From a virus, in IMG/VR virus record IMGVR_UViG_3300048929_000185, positions 1-64,000 of that record: a stretch of DNA of 64,000 nucleotides, one strand, 5' to 3'. Below, piece by piece: positions 1 through 11,509 of the stretch (within the stretch, counting starts at the first letter, position 1; every line of letters begins with the position of its first letter). The position numbers were made by a program, and so were the translations under genes. The notes beneath the pieces are model-generated. The model saw only the letters and a list, made by a program, of their open reading frames with translations. It did no database searches and had not been told where the DNA came from.

Positions 1-57
1 ATATTTAATTCTTGAATCACATATGATTATATCATATGTGATTCAAGAATTAAATAT
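1..57. repeat. Perfect inverted repeat with 27-bp arms and TAT spacer
   Basis: 1-27 ATATTTAATTCTTGAATCACATATGAT is the reverse complement of 31-57. Confidence 0.97.
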
Positions 58-89
58 GTAGTAATGTTAAAAGCACGCAAAAAAATAAA

Positions 90-109
90 GCCAGAAATTA
101 ATCTGGCTC
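90..109 (-). terminator. Probable intrinsic terminator of ORF 115-360
   Basis: AGCCAGA-AATTAA-TCTGGCT stem with an A-run on the plus strand (U-tract on minus). Confidence 0.65.
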
Positions 110-114
110 TAGTA

Positions 115-360
115 TTATTTCTTATCCGTATTCTCTAATATATTTTTTAATTCTGAAACGCTCATCTTCTTCTCGTCTAAAATTGATGTCACCATCAGAG
201 ATACCTCTTTAAGCTGTTCCTCTTTCATTCTGGCGTTTAATGCTCTCTCTTGTTCTTTTAATTCTTCTATTGCATCTCTATGCTGATTGATTGAAACTTG
301 TATTTTATCGAGTTCTTCTTTAATTTTTTCTATGGGTGATTTACGTGTTCCTCTTGCCAT
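115..360 (-). CDS. Small coiled-coil hypothetical protein
   Basis: 81 aa with heptad-like pattern; AAAGGAG RBS upstream. Confidence 0.75.
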   Translation of the reverse strand: MARGTRKSPIEKIKEELDKIQVSINQHRDAIEELKEQERALNARMKEEQLKEVSLMVTSILDEKKMSVSELKNILENTDKK

Positions 361-516
361 AATTACATCTCCTTTGCAAATAGATATTTTGATTATTAAC
401 GTATTATTTGATTTTAAAACAAGGTTATTTTATTTGATATAAATATTAGTTTTAGTACATATATCAAGTATAACAAAAATGTAGAATAAATCAACCGTAA
501 TTATTATTAAAATTGC

Positions 517-785
517 TGACCCCATTGTATTATCAAAATTAGATTTCTACCCCAATTTACACCCACACTGATGCGTTTTGTAACACTTTTAAGCGGTCTA
601 TATCGGTCTAAAAAGTATTTTTGCAAAAATAAAAAACCGCTAAATCCCTTTGTTTTAGGCACTTTCACGGCTTTTTATTATAGTGGAGCAGACGGGATTT
701 GATAATCTGTTCTTGCCGTAAATGCCTTATAAAACAAGACATTTTTATAATATTTTCATTAATTGACCCACATTTTACCCACATA
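517..785. other. attP-like attachment site; core 684-702 resembles the 3' end of tmRNA/tRNA-Ala
   Basis: Minus strand TCAAATCCCGTCTGCTCCA = half T-loop, T-stem, acceptor stem with U70 and discriminator A; ACCC(A/C)-type arm-like repeats on both sides (517-569, 761-785); directly downstream of the integrase. Confidence 0.75.
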
Positions 786-2000
786 TTATTTACCACTTAC
801 TGAGTTCAGATTCATAGCCTTTACAGTTTCTTCCTCAATTGCATGTATATATTTGGTATAAGTAGTATAGATATCTCCATGACCCATTAATTTACTAACC
901 ACAGATATATCTACCCCTTTTCGTATTAATTCAGATCCGAATGTATGTCTTAATAGGTGTAACCATAGATGTTTTTCTAGGTCGCTATTTTCTACAACTA
1001 TATCAAAAGATCTCTGTAGGTTTCTAGCAGTTGCATATCCACCAGTAGAAGAACAACAAACTAAGTCGGATATAATACCCCTTCTACAATTATCAAGTTT
1101 TATTTCATTTAATAAAAACTCAACTTCTTCGTTTAATGGAATTAGTCTTACCGCATTTTTTGTCTTTGGTTGTGTTACGTTGAAAGTTCTTTTATTCCCC
1201 TTGCCTTCTCTGTTTTTGACATTTGACTGAACTGCTTTATTAATCTTCAGAAACTTTTTCTCAGTATCAATATCATCCCATTGCAAAGCTAACATCTCTC
1301 CAACTCTAAGCCCAAGGTTCAACATTAACATATAAATTAAACCATACCTATATTTATAAAGTAGATTATTATTAGTTTTTTGCAAACATGCCTCTTTTAA
1401 TGATTGAATTTCAGAAGGAGACAGGGAGAAAGTTTCTTTTGTTTCTGTTATACACTTAGATTGTTTTGGCAGCTTAACTTCAGCCATTGGATTATATGTT
1501 ATATCCCCATTATTATGTGCCATTTTGTACATATTTTTTAACAATTCGTAAACACGTTTTGTTGTTGAATAACTGTACGCTCTTTGATTTTTGTCTTTTG
1601 GAGAAATCATGTCATTAAAAAATTCTTTAAATTGATTCGAGGTTATTTTACCGAATTGTTCTTTTGATAATTTACTATTAGATATTTGAGTATTTATCAT
1701 GGTTTCTAACCTGTCATATGATGACGGTTCCAATTCGTCGAGTTTGTATTCTACGATCCATTTAGACGCATATTCGTATAAACTATCTGTTTTGGGATTT
1801 ATTTTACCTCTTTCCGTATCCTTTAAGAACTTTTTAATTTTTCGTTCACATTCAGCATGGCTTGGTGCATATACCGATTTTCTAATTCCGTTAATTGAAA
1901 ATCTGCCTTCGTATCTCCCATCTGGTCTTTGCCTTATACTTCCAACCGATGAAGTCCTTTTTACTGTAGTACCCAATTTAATCTCCTTTCGACGTACCAC
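786..2000 (-). CDS. int: Tyrosine integrase
   Basis: N-terminal arm-binding motif GSIRQRPDGRYEGR; catalytic GLRVGE, KT, HLLRHT, MGH and TYTKYIH motifs. Confidence 0.95.
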   Translation of the reverse strand: MVRRKEIKLGTTVKRTSSVGSIRQRPDGRYEGRFSINGIRKSVYAPSHAECERKIKKFLKDTERGKINPKTDSLYEYASKWIVEYKLDELEPSSYDRLETMINTQISNSKLSKEQFGKITSNQFKEFFNDMISPKDKNQRAYSYSTTKRVYELLKNMYKMAHNNGDITYNPMAEVKLPKQSKCITETKETFSLSPSEIQSLKEACLQKTNNNLLYKYRYGLIYMLMLNLGLRVGEMLALQWDDIDTEKKFLKINKAVQSNVKNREGKGNKRTFNVTQPKTKNAVRLIPLNEEVEFLLNEIKLDNCRRGIISDLVCCSSTGGYATARNLQRSFDIVVENSDLEKHLWLHLLRHTFGSELIRKGVDISVVSKLMGHGDIYTTYTKYIHAIEEETVKAMNLNSVSGK

Positions 2001-2041
2001 AGTTAATTTATTCTACCCACATATTATATCATTTATTGAGC

Positions 2042-2221
2042 CTAAAAATCAACTGTTTTACCTTCATTATTTTTTATCCACTCTACGATTTGCTCATCTG
2101 TTGTTATGTATGTTCTGCCAACTTTAGTAACTGGAAGTTCACCTGACAACAACAATTTTTGCAATTTAGTTTTTCCAAATGGTAACACCTCCAACAAATC
2201 CTTTTGCGTTAATATCTTCAT
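2042..2221 (-). CDS. xis: Excisionase / HTH_17-like protein (59 aa, absent from ORF track)
   Basis: MKILTQKDLLEVLPFGKTKLQKLLLSGELPVTKVGRTYITTDEQIVEWIKNNEGKTVDF; GGAGG RBS; immediately upstream of int. Confidence 0.8.
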   Translation of the reverse strand: MKILTQKDLLEVLPFGKTKLQKLLLSGELPVTKVGRTYITTDEQIVEWIKNNEGKTVDF

Positions 2222-2273
2222 TTATATCCTCCATATTTTTTAGTAAAATACCGCCCCGAAGGACGGCTCTATA

Positions 2274-2948
2274 TTAGTAGCAATAACTGTGCCATTTGGT
2301 TCTTAAATACTCATGTTTGCCCTGTCTACCTTTTGACTGATAGATTACGTATTCTGGTAATATACTTCCGTTATCCAAAAGCCATTTAGCGTTAGCAAAA
2401 TCATTTTCTGTTGGCTCTTTATAATAATTTCCATCAGATACACAAGAATACTGCCCTTTATCAAACACCACTCCTGCGATTGTATTAGGAAAATCTTCAT
2501 GAGCCACACGATTCAATACTACTGAGCCAACATATCTCTTCTCTAAGTCTGAACAAATTTGCGCTTCCCCCGCAATTAAGTGTGCCATAATATATAAATC
2601 TTCTTGTGAATATGTAATCTCAACGTCTGACAAATACTCTGATTTAATAAATGCGTGGTTGTTCTCGCAATCTTCTGCAAATATCATGCTCCAACCATTT
2701 ATTTCCAAGATAACATCTACTGTTCCATTTAATAATGTCTGACCATATATTCCTGAATTCGTATTAGGTTCTTTGCGAATATTTATATTTGCTTGTGTAT
2801 ACTTTGGTGTCATATCTGATACGTATGGTAATTCTTTCTCAAACTGTGCCGTTGTTACGGTTTCCTCGTTATTATTCGCCCATGTTGCCACGGGCGTAGT
2901 AAGGGTGAGACATGCGGATAACATGCCTACGGTTAGTATTTTTCTCAT
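2274..2948 (-). CDS. Secreted cell-wall hydrolase (SH3b plus Hydrolase_2/SleB-like)
   Basis: Signal peptide; NIRKEPNTNS SH3b motif; AHLIAGEA...VGSVVLNRV...FPNTIAGVVFDKGQYS. Confidence 0.9.
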   Translation of the reverse strand: MRKILTVGMLSACLTLTTPVATWANNNEETVTTAQFEKELPYVSDMTPKYTQANINIRKEPNTNSGIYGQTLLNGTVDVILEINGWSMIFAEDCENNHAFIKSEYLSDVEITYSQEDLYIMAHLIAGEAQICSDLEKRYVGSVVLNRVAHEDFPNTIAGVVFDKGQYSCVSDGNYYKEPTENDFANAKWLLDNGSILPEYVIYQSKGRQGKHEYLRTKWHSYCY

Positions 2949-3042
2949 AATTCCTCCAAATGTTTATTTTAGAGGATACCGGTATCCGAATCTATGTTAA
3001 ATCTCTATGTAAGCTATTGTATTTGCAACTACAATAGTAAAA

Positions 3043-3720
3043 TTATGTATCGTTTTCTTCTAGTATAAATTGTTGATCATTATAAGTGTAGGATAATATA
3101 TATTTCGATAAGCCAATATTATAATACAATGAATTATGCCCAAACATCTTTATTTCATTATTAAACCTTGCTTTGACTGCTTCATTAAAATCATCAAATC
3201 TTCCAATGTTTTTTAATATTCCATCTCTTTGAATATATGCTATCCATTTATTTCTACTTTTATCATATGATACTCCTTTTACTCCACTGGTATTTCTAAT
3301 CGATACGAGAGAGTTCATCATATTTTCGCTTTTATTTACGATTCTTAGATTTGATTTTCTGTTATCATTTATATCATGATTAATATGATCAACTGTAAAA
3401 TCGGTGTTGAGTATGTAATTTTGAATATATGTTTTTATACCACCGATTGATGCCATTGGGTATCCCTTTTCTCCACATTTATACCAATGGTAAGGCTTGC
3501 ATTTATCTACGTCCTCTACGTCAATCTTTATTTTATATTCATCTATAATTATAGTAGAATAAATAATGTTTTTATCTAATCTGGTGCGTATTATTTCACC
3601 ATACTTTAATAATTGTCGATAATGTCTATCACACAATATTTTATTAAATTTATTCTTAAATTTACCAGTATCTTCACAATAAAAGCACTTGTTTATATTA
3701 TCTAATTCCAGAGCTTCCAA
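3043..3720 (-). CDS. HNH-AP2 homing endonuclease
   Basis: [17 protein letters not shown] plus AP2-like [16 protein letters not shown]. Confidence 0.9.
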   Translation of the reverse strand: MEALELDNINKCFYCEDTGKFKNKFNKILCDRHYRQLLKYGEIIRTRLDKNIIYSTIIIDEYKIKIDVEDVDKCKPYHWYKCGEKGYPMASIGGIKTYIQNYILNTDFTVDHINHDINDNRKSNLRIVNKSENMMNSLVSIRNTSGVKGVSYDKSRNKWIAYIQRDGILKNIGRFDDFNEAVKARFNNEIKMFGHNSLYYNIGLSKYILSYTYNDQQFILEENDT

Positions 3721-4150
3721 ACCCTCCTCTGTCTAAATTTTTCAAACCACTTACTTCGTTAAAAATTATTTTTTCTTGATGTTTCATAATTCTAAATTGA
3801 CATATTCTTTCATTAACATTAATTATACAATTTCTAGTAGCGTATACTGGCATTTTCCATTCATCATTGTCTCCGCAGTAAGTCTCATCAATAATTCCCA
3901 TGCTGTTGGTCTGAATAATGCCGTAATTTTTATAGGTACTGCTTCTTGGAACCACATGGGCTTCATAGCCGGCAGGAAGTTCCATGGCAATGCCAAGAGG
4001 GATCAGTTTAAATTCACCTGCTTTTAATTCCACTTCCTTCGCCGCACGCAAATCAATCCAGTCGGATTTCCCGTCTATATATCTTAGTTTTTCTATTTCA
4101 TTAGTAAAGTATTTGATTTTAATATACTGTAATTCTGGTTTAATTGTCAT
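3698..4150 (-). CDS. dut: dUTPase
   Basis: [18 protein letters not shown] and RGGFGSSG motifs. Confidence 0.95.
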   Translation of the reverse strand: MTIKPELQYIKIKYFTNEIEKLRYIDGKSDWIDLRAAKEVELKAGEFKLIPLGIAMELPAGYEAHVVPRSSTYKNYGIIQTNSMGIIDETYCGDNDEWKMPVYATRNCIINVNERICQFRIMKHQEKIIFNEVSGLKNLDRGGFGSSGIR

Positions 4151-4355
4151 GTGTTGTTAGTCTCCTATAATATTCTTGCTTTCTTCTATTCAAACTTTCT
4201 TTCATTGCGAAAATTGCTAGCTCATAATGAGAAACTTTTGTTTCTATGTATGTGCGATATTCTGCATTCATTATACCTCCCAGCATAATGTTGTATTGTC
4301 TAATCTCTTCTTCGAATGATTTAATCACCTCTTCCAATAATTCACCTCAAATCTG

Positions 4356-4877
4356 TTAATAGTCTATTCCCATTTTGTAAATATGTTGATTACTACTTGC
4401 TAATACAACTCCACATTCAATGTGATTTATTGTGGTTAGATCTTCTTGATAATTACCGCACTTTACATAATCAAAGACTCCAGTTTTTAGCAATAACTGT
4501 ATTTTAACATCGTTAAATTCTCTCCCAGTATAAAGCATTGTAATTAACCCGTTGTTTTTAGCTGTTTCTGCGATATTAATTGCTTCTGATGGTTGGTTGC
4601 TCCATTCTAATCCACCTAATATAATTCCTTTGTTAAATGGATTTGATTTAACTTCGTTTATTATCTCAACCGAATCTTTCTCTTTAGTCGGCAAATCTTT
4701 TAGTGGCTGATTGAAACAGTTTTTGCAATTAAATTTACAATCTATGGCAGAGATGAGACAGCCCACAAATGGACTATCTTCAACCCTTTCATGCTTGATC
4801 AGTTTATATTTAATATTCAAGTCTAAGCTGATTCCTTTCGTTAAACTCAGATCGCTTTCCTTCGTTAAAATTATCAA
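4356..4877 (-). CDS. nrdG: Anaerobic RNR activating radical-SAM protein
   Basis: CKFNCKNCFN motif and ILGGLE; follows nrdD; true start probably downstream of the called start. Confidence 0.88.
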   Translation of the reverse strand: MIILTKESDLSLTKGISLDLNIKYKLIKHERVEDSPFVGCLISAIDCKFNCKNCFNQPLKDLPTKEKDSVEIINEVKSNPFNKGIILGGLEWSNQPSEAINIAETAKNNGLITMLYTGREFNDVKIQLLLKTGVFDYVKCGNYQEDLTTINHIECGVVLASSNQHIYKMGIDY

Positions 4878-6579
4878 CGCATCTCAAATATCCTGTTATC
4901 CTCTGGTATTTTTGAACTTTTCTATGACAGATTGGACATTCCTCAACATCGTCTGCGATATATCCATGTTCAGGACAATATCTATTTAATGGAGAAATAC
5001 TTACGTATGGAACTTTATAATTTTTACACACCGTATCAATGATGCTCTTTGCTGTTTCACCGCTAATAGCTGCATTACAGTAAATGTGAATTACCGTTCC
5101 TCCGGTAAATAAAATCTGCAAATCTTCCTGGTGATCAAAAGTTTCTTTGATGCCATTAATTTTTGATACGGGAATGTGGCAACTATTTGTATAATACGGA
5201 GCTTTTTTCGTGCCTCTCGTAATGATTTCTGGAAACTCTTTTGTGTCTTTTAATGCCAGTCTATAAGCCGTGGATTCCGCTGGAGTTGCTTCAAAATTAT
5301 ACAAGTTTCCGGTTTCTTGCTGAAATTCTAATAGCTTATTTCTAATGTATTTTCCAACTTCAATTGAAAATTCTTTCCCTTCATCTGATAAAATATCTTT
5401 ATCCGTTCCAAAGAAGTTTTCACACATTTCGTTCATGCCAACAATTCCAATAGTTGAAAAATGATTTCTCATTGTTCCTACATAAGTACTAAATGCAGGA
5501 ATTAATCTGGTTTCGATTACATTCTTCTGTAACCACTCGCGTTTGATTTCAAGACTGTCTTTGGCTGCTATCAATAATTCGTCCAACGATTTATAAAATA
5601 GCTCTTTATTTCCTTTATTTTTATAGGCCAATCTTGGAAGATTAATGGTTACAACCCCAATCGATCCAGTACTATCTCCAGAGCCAAATAACCCACCATT
5701 ACGCTTCTGTAATTCAGTAAGATCCAGTCTTAAACGACAGCACATACTTCTTGCATCTTCTGGTTTCATATCACTATTTAAGAAGTTCGCAAAATAAGGA
5801 TATCCATATTTACCAGCCATTTCCCAAAGCAAGTCGTTATTCTTGTTGTCCCAATCAAATCGCTCGTGAATGTTATATGTAGGAATTGGATATGCGAATG
5901 GGCGACCTTTGGCATCTCCTTTAATCATTAATTCGAAGAAAGCACGATTAATCATATCCATTTCTCTTTGGCAATCCTTATATTTAAAATCTAATAACCC
6001 ACTCCCAATTAATGCAAATTGATCTAATAAATCATTCGGAGGTGTTAAATCAAGTGTAATATTAGAAAATGCAGGTTCTGCTCCTCCACGACTGTTTGAG
6101 TTAATGCTGAAGATAAAATTCTGCATCGCCTGTTTTACTTCGCTGTACTTTAATTCATCATTTTTAACAAATGGTGCAAGTAATGTGTCAAATGAAGAAA
6201 ATGCTACAGCTCCCATAATTTCGTTCTGGTAAATTGTAACTAAATTTGCAATCTGGTTCAAAATCGAATCAAAATGTTTTGCTGGACTTGATGTCGGAAT
6301 GTTTGGAATCCCTTGCACTCCCATAGTAATGATATTTTTTAGAGAGAATCCACAGCAATAAAGAGTGAGTCCGCCCAAGTCGTGAATGTGCATATCTCCA
6401 CTTACGTATCGTTCTGCGATATTACTTGGATAAACCTCTCTGAGCCAGTAATCTTTTGACACCTCTGATATCATGTGTTTTCCAAGTCCGCCATAAGAAT
6501 ATGGTGAATTCGAATTCTCTTTAACTCTCCAATCCTGTTTCTTTAAATATCCCTCTACAATTGTTTTACTACTATTCAT
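4810..6579 (-). CDS. nrdD: Class III ribonucleoside-triphosphate reductase, no ATP cone
   Basis: HIHDL, YCC, SMCCRL, EATPAES, CxxH...CxxC and glycyl-radical RITGY. Confidence 0.96.
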   Translation of the reverse strand: MNSSKTIVEGYLKKQDWRVKENSNSPYSYGGLGKHMISEVSKDYWLREVYPSNIAERYVSGDMHIHDLGGLTLYCCGFSLKNIITMGVQGIPNIPTSSPAKHFDSILNQIANLVTIYQNEIMGAVAFSSFDTLLAPFVKNDELKYSEVKQAMQNFIFSINSNSRGGAEPAFSNITLDLTPPNDLLDQFALIGSGLLDFKYKDCQREMDMINRAFFELMIKGDAKGRPFAYPIPTYNIHERFDWDNKNNDLLWEMAGKYGYPYFANFLNSDMKPEDARSMCCRLRLDLTELQKRNGGLFGSGDSTGSIGVVTINLPRLAYKNKGNKELFYKSLDELLIAAKDSLEIKREWLQKNVIETRLIPAFSTYVGTMRNHFSTIGIVGMNEMCENFFGTDKDILSDEGKEFSIEVGKYIRNKLLEFQQETGNLYNFEATPAESTAYRLALKDTKEFPEIITRGTKKAPYYTNSCHIPVSKINGIKETFDHQEDLQILFTGGTVIHIYCNAAISGETAKSIIDTVCKNYKVPYVSISPLNRYCPEHGYIADDVEECPICHRKVQKYQRITGYLRCVDNFNEGKRSEFNERNQLRLEY

Positions 6580-6593
6580 GTTTTGTCTCCTTG

Positions 6594-6806
6594 TTAGTTG
6601 TTGTTTTTTATATATTCTATCAGCTCATTTGCGATCAGTATTTTTCCATAGACTTCTGCAAATGGAGCTGACATAATATTATGCATATCTGCTACTTTCA
6701 TAATTTCGTTGATGTCTGTCATGTATTCATATTCAACCCCCTTGCTATCCATCATTGCTTTGATTTGGTTGCATTGTGGGCAACCGGTGGAATAAAATTT
6801 AATCAA
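6594..6806 (-). CDS. Glutaredoxin-like (NrdH-like) protein
   Basis: CPQC and SAP motifs; adjacent to nrdD. Confidence 0.85.
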   Translation of the reverse strand: MIKFYSTGCPQCNQIKAMMDSKGVEYEYMTDINEIMKVADMHNIMSAPFAEVYGKILIANELIEYIKNNN

Positions 6807-6999
6807 TCTGTCTCCTCCTTGTTTTCTTTATCTATATTAAATATAGTTCCGAGCGAGAGTGAAGCGAATACAATGGCACAGCCACACCCAAATGCCCAGT
6901 AACTTATATCCCACAAGTTTAATGCTGCATAAGCAATTATCATTAGTGAAAAATAATCATATGTATGAAATTCGCGATTATTCTTCATGACCACTCTCC

Positions 7000-7434
7000 T
7001 TATTTGATTAATAAATAAAATGCTAACGGGTAATAAATATAATCTAAAATTACATTAAACAGAAAATACCATCTGTGAAACTTATGATGCTTCATATCCT
7101 GGCTAAAAGCGTTCATATTTAACTGAGTTATGCTGGTGTAAATAACAGTAAGTATCTGAATCAAAGTTAATATTGTGAAGTATGTAATATTTATTCTGGC
7201 TCCAATCGCCATATAAAAAATAGCTAACATAAACTGTAGAAGTCCGACAACGGTTAATGCAAAGTGTTTTGTTATTTTGACTTCTTTATCTGTCCTGTCT
7301 TTAAAATTTTCATCATTCTTTTTAAGCGATTCGTTCAGCTTTTTAAAAAATGCTTTCTTAGAAATCATTCTCGGAGTTCCATATACCCTCAAAATGAATA
7401 AAAGTAAGGTAATTAATAGTAGAAATATTTTCAT
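7000..7434 (-). CDS. Membrane protein, hypothetical
   Basis: About four hydrophobic segments. Confidence 0.7.
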   Translation of the reverse strand: MKIFLLLITLLLFILRVYGTPRMISKKAFFKKLNESLKKNDENFKDRTDKEVKITKHFALTVVGLLQFMLAIFYMAIGARINITYFTILTLIQILTVIYTSITQLNMNAFSQDMKHHKFHRWYFLFNVILDYIYYPLAFYLLIK

Positions 7435-7678
7435 GATTCTTCCACCTCTTTTTCTTTCTTTGTTTTGGTCTTATGATGTTCAAGTAAATAAATGACGAAT
7501 GCAGCAATTATGCACACTCCAAATAAACTTGGTACAGCTTCAGTGATTATTAATGCTAATAAGAAATATACGCATAATGTAAAATATGTAAGTATTTCCT
7601 CTACTGCATCTAACAGTTTAAAAATAAATTTCTTCATATTTCTCCTTCCTTTGAAATTCGTGTTTTATTGGTGTTTTT

Positions 7679-7726
7679 TTGCTATATATTGTGTATCGTT
7701 AAACGTTAAACCACTATATATAGTAT
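7679..7726. promoter_or_regulatory. Tandem NrdR boxes
   Basis: TTGCTATATATTGTGT (7679-7694) and CCACTATATATAGTAT (7711-7726), 32 bp apart, upstream of the nrd genes; match acaCwAtATaTwGtgt. Confidence 0.8.
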
Positions 7727-10053
7727 TGATGGACACAAAAATTAGCCACGATATAATTTTACGTTATCATTATCTTCTTCGGATTTGAAACTTTGAATTG
7801 CTGATTCAATATCTTTTAAATCTTCAATGTAAACATAGCCACATATTCCGTCTGTTAGTGATTTGATTTCTAACCCATCAAAAATTGGTATCACTCGGTA
7901 TTCAGGCTTATCCAAATCACTGTTTAATGATTTATTGTATGCTTCTGCGCAATCAATCAACTCCTTTGGAGCTAGCCCGTTACCTGGCTGTAGTTTATTT
8001 TTTAAGAATAATATTTTCATTATCAATCTCCTCCCTTGACAAGCTTTCTTTTAATTTACGTCTCGCAATCTTTCTAAACAATTTCTTTGCTTTTCCTCTC
8101 CATCGCGGATTATATATCTGCGGACAATCCAAATCATATGTGGTCATATTTGATTGCGTATGATTTTTAAAATCATCTTTTCTAATTTACATCACCTCAT
8201 TTACCGATGAACTCGTCGTTTCGAGTTATAATTCATCTGGCAAGTCAATAAATAAAAATATTGCCTTATTCCACTTAACACCTCGATCTTCTAAATCCTT
8301 AAGTCCGTCTTCAGTGAAAAAATCTTTATATCTTAATTCTCCTTCTTTCAAATTATCAAAAAAGTATTCTCTGATCATTGATTTACCAATACTGCCAGCC
8401 CATCTAGGATAATCATCACACCAACATACCTCATACTCAACCATTGGAATGACTTCGAGTTCTGGATTCTCCGCAATTAATTTGTTGAGTTCATATCGTC
8501 TTATGTATCTATCGCAAGACTCTTTATTTGAGTTTTTATAAAGTACAGTTCCATATAATAACTTCCCATCATTATCAATAATTCTGTCATTATTGTTTGG
8601 TATTACACAGTACTTTCCGCAAGACATCTCTGTAACAATTAGTTCGTTCATTTAATACTCACCTCTCTTTTTTACCAATTAAACCAGTCATTTCAAGTAC
8701 TCTTTACTCAACTTAATTACATCTGAAGCCCCAGTTCTTTTCACATAATCAGAAAACATAATTTTGATCATGTCTTCTGTATTCAATTCATTAATCATTC
8801 TCTTTCTATATTGTTCTATTGTACCCTCTCTTTCTATTTCGTATTTATGTAATTCGTGATAACAATCTGAATAATCACTCACTCTTAATTACCTCCTATT
8901 AGTCAGTTTTATACTCAATTGAATTCAAATCAATTGTCTGGAATTCGTCATAAATATTAGGTATAAAAATTCCTATCCAAAAGTCTCTCTGAACTTCTTT
9001 ATTGTAAGATAAATTTTCGTTCCAATTTTGTACTTCATCAATGTAGTTTTTATTGACTATTCCAAACTTATCTCTACACGCCTCCGTTTCTGATTTGTAA
9101 ACTAATGCTTTATATCTTTCTCTATACTCAGCAGATGTTCCTTTCGATCCACAATGCAGCGCAATTACAATAACCAACATAACCACCCCGATTGTTGTAG
9201 CGACTGCTCCAAGTATTACCCACAAATCCTCTAAATCTAAAACATAAAAATGTGCCATAATGAAAAATGCTATAGCCAAAACTACAAAAATCCAAAACAC
9301 CATCTTTTTTTCTCCTTTTCTTTCTATTATTTTCCACATGAAACTGATTTTCTATTTGCAATTATGATTACTCTTTCTCTACGTTTATAACACTATTCAG
9401 CACATATCTATCGTTTAAATAATCAACAATGAATAGATGCTGTTTATCAATATCATCGTCATCTCTTATTGTTACTGTAAAATATGCTCTTTCGTTATGT
9501 ACTTCTAACGTCTCTTCTATAACATTAACTAGATTATAAAGTTCTTTTAATTCGATTATGTATTCTTCTTTATTGACATATAAATACAATTTTGTACCGT
9601 TCCATCTATTACAAAACGCAAATGTGGGTTCATCATCTTTAGAATATTTAACAATTCTTTCAAGTTTACCAAGTCTTTTTAACTGCTTTTCATACTCATT
9701 TTGCTCGTTGCAAAGTTTATCAAATTTTTCCTCAAGCGCTTCAATTCTCTTTTTATTAAACATATTTTCTCCTTATCTATAATGTTTTATTTGTTATACT
9801 TTCCAGTTCCATTACATCTAAGATACATTTCTTTCAAATCAGATGATCGCTCGTACGGATCGTTTCCGTCTGATTTTCTATAATAATATCCACTTCCACA
9901 ACAATCTGGGCATACACCATTTACTTTATATAAGATCTCTCTTGAATTAACCAAATCTTGTTTCTCCTGTGTTAATTGGATTATTTCACTGTCAATCTTT
10001 TTAATTGCTTCGCCTAACTCATTGATTGCACTTTCCATTTTGTTTGTTTCTCC

Positions 10054-10491
10054 TTATCCATAATATTTTTCTATGTAATTCAATGCGTCTAACATGGCTT
10101 CCTTGCCCATTTTAATTTTGTTACAAGCAGGAGGAACCCAACAGTATGTAATCTTGTTTAAATCAGTCTCATTGCCATCGTAGAATCCAACGATAGGTTT
10201 TCTCAACATATTAGCCCACGCAACTTCCATAAGCGTACCTCCAGAATCTTTTGTATTATTTAAGTTAACCAAGATTACTTTTGCTCTCTCAACTCTTTGT
10301 CTACAAAACTCCATAATTTCAGCATTAGAATCATGCAACTGCTCACGATAATTATAATAATCGTTTGGATTAATACCTCTAAAACTTTTAGAATTATCTT
10401 CAAACCATATCTTACAAAACTCACGCCATTCATTACTTTCTTCGAAGCTGATCCTACCGGACGCTCCGCATAACCATACCTCATCTCGCAA
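10054..10491 (-). CDS. Nucleoside 2-deoxyribosyltransferase-like protein
   Basis: VWLCG...WRE...NP...SGGTLMEVAWA...KPIVG pattern. Confidence 0.8.
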   Translation of the reverse strand: MRDEVWLCGASGRISFEESNEWREFCKIWFEDNSKSFRGINPNDYYNYREQLHDSNAEIMEFCRQRVERAKVILVNLNNTKDSGGTLMEVAWANMLRKPIVGFYDGNETDLNKITYCWVPPACNKIKMGKEAMLDALNYIEKYYG

Positions 10492-11203
10492 TACTAATCC
10501 TCCTCATCGTATAAAATATTCATATCCTCAAATGGCGAGTTTGTCATACTAATGTGTTTTCCATATATATTCATCAATTCCCATAACTGAAAACTTGAGT
10601 ATCCGCTGCTGTCTTCTTTAGGATATTCTCTACATAAATAATCGGGACAGAATCCATCTGTTTTTAAAAAAAGCTCCATCAACCAATCATTTTTATGAAA
10701 ATATATATCTTTACCCGTTGGATTTAATTTTACCTTAACCTTTTGGTTGAGATTGATTTTCATTTATTCTCCTTAAACTCTTCATTTACATCGCAATCTT
10801 TACTAATCCAGTACAATTCTCCGTCGCATACATCACACGGCTTGATTATCTCAGACTCAAACAATCTTCCTAACTTATTGAGCCTGATTGATTCATCTGC
10901 GCTGTTCCGGTAATAACATGACTTGCACAATTCACTTCTGTATTCTCTCATTTAAATATCCCAATTCTTTCTAATACTCTTTTCGTTGCTATACGGAATA
11001 CCCTCTTTTACAAACTCATGATTTATAAAAGTATCACAATGAGTGGAAAGTTCGTATCCTCTTTTCTTTTCGGCTATAGTAACCGTGTAAATGTGACCAT
11101 CAATAAATCCAAATGAATTTTTACCGCCTATGTATTTGGCAAATATCTGCCGATCTAATACCATATTTCACCTTCTTTCTATACCAATAAAAACCATAAT
11201 TTA

Positions 11204-11509
11204 TCAGTCCTGATATGCAATCGCTTCCCTTTCGTTTCTCAGCAACTTTAATAGTTCCTTCGTATACCACTCTACCTTTTCAAAATCTTCAATTTCGGCA
11301 GATAACGGATCTTTGTCTATTGTTTTCTTTCCTGCTCTAACGGAATATTTGATGATATTAGCAATACAAAATTCTTTTCCGATTCCCATTGCTTCAATGA
11401 TTTTGATTGCTTCGTATGTATTGTCGGCTCCCCCATAATGACTTGGGTGTGAAACCATCTCCTTTTTAAGAGTGTCCATAGTTTCTTTATCAGCTAAAAC
11501 TGTTTTCAT
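11204..11509 (-). CDS. DUF3310-like protein
   Basis: VSHPSHYG...EAIKII...FCIANIIKYSVRAGKK...EDFEKVEWY. Confidence 0.85.
   Translation of the reverse strand: MKTVLADKETMDTLKKEMVSHPSHYGGADNTYEAIKIIEAMGIGKEFCIANIIKYSVRAGKKTIDKDPLSAEIEDFEKVEWYTKELLKLLRNEREAIAYQD

Noticed and set aside
684-702. Complete tRNA or tmRNA gene
   Set aside because: Only the 3' 19 nt are present and the 5' T-stem strand is missing; treated as an att core.
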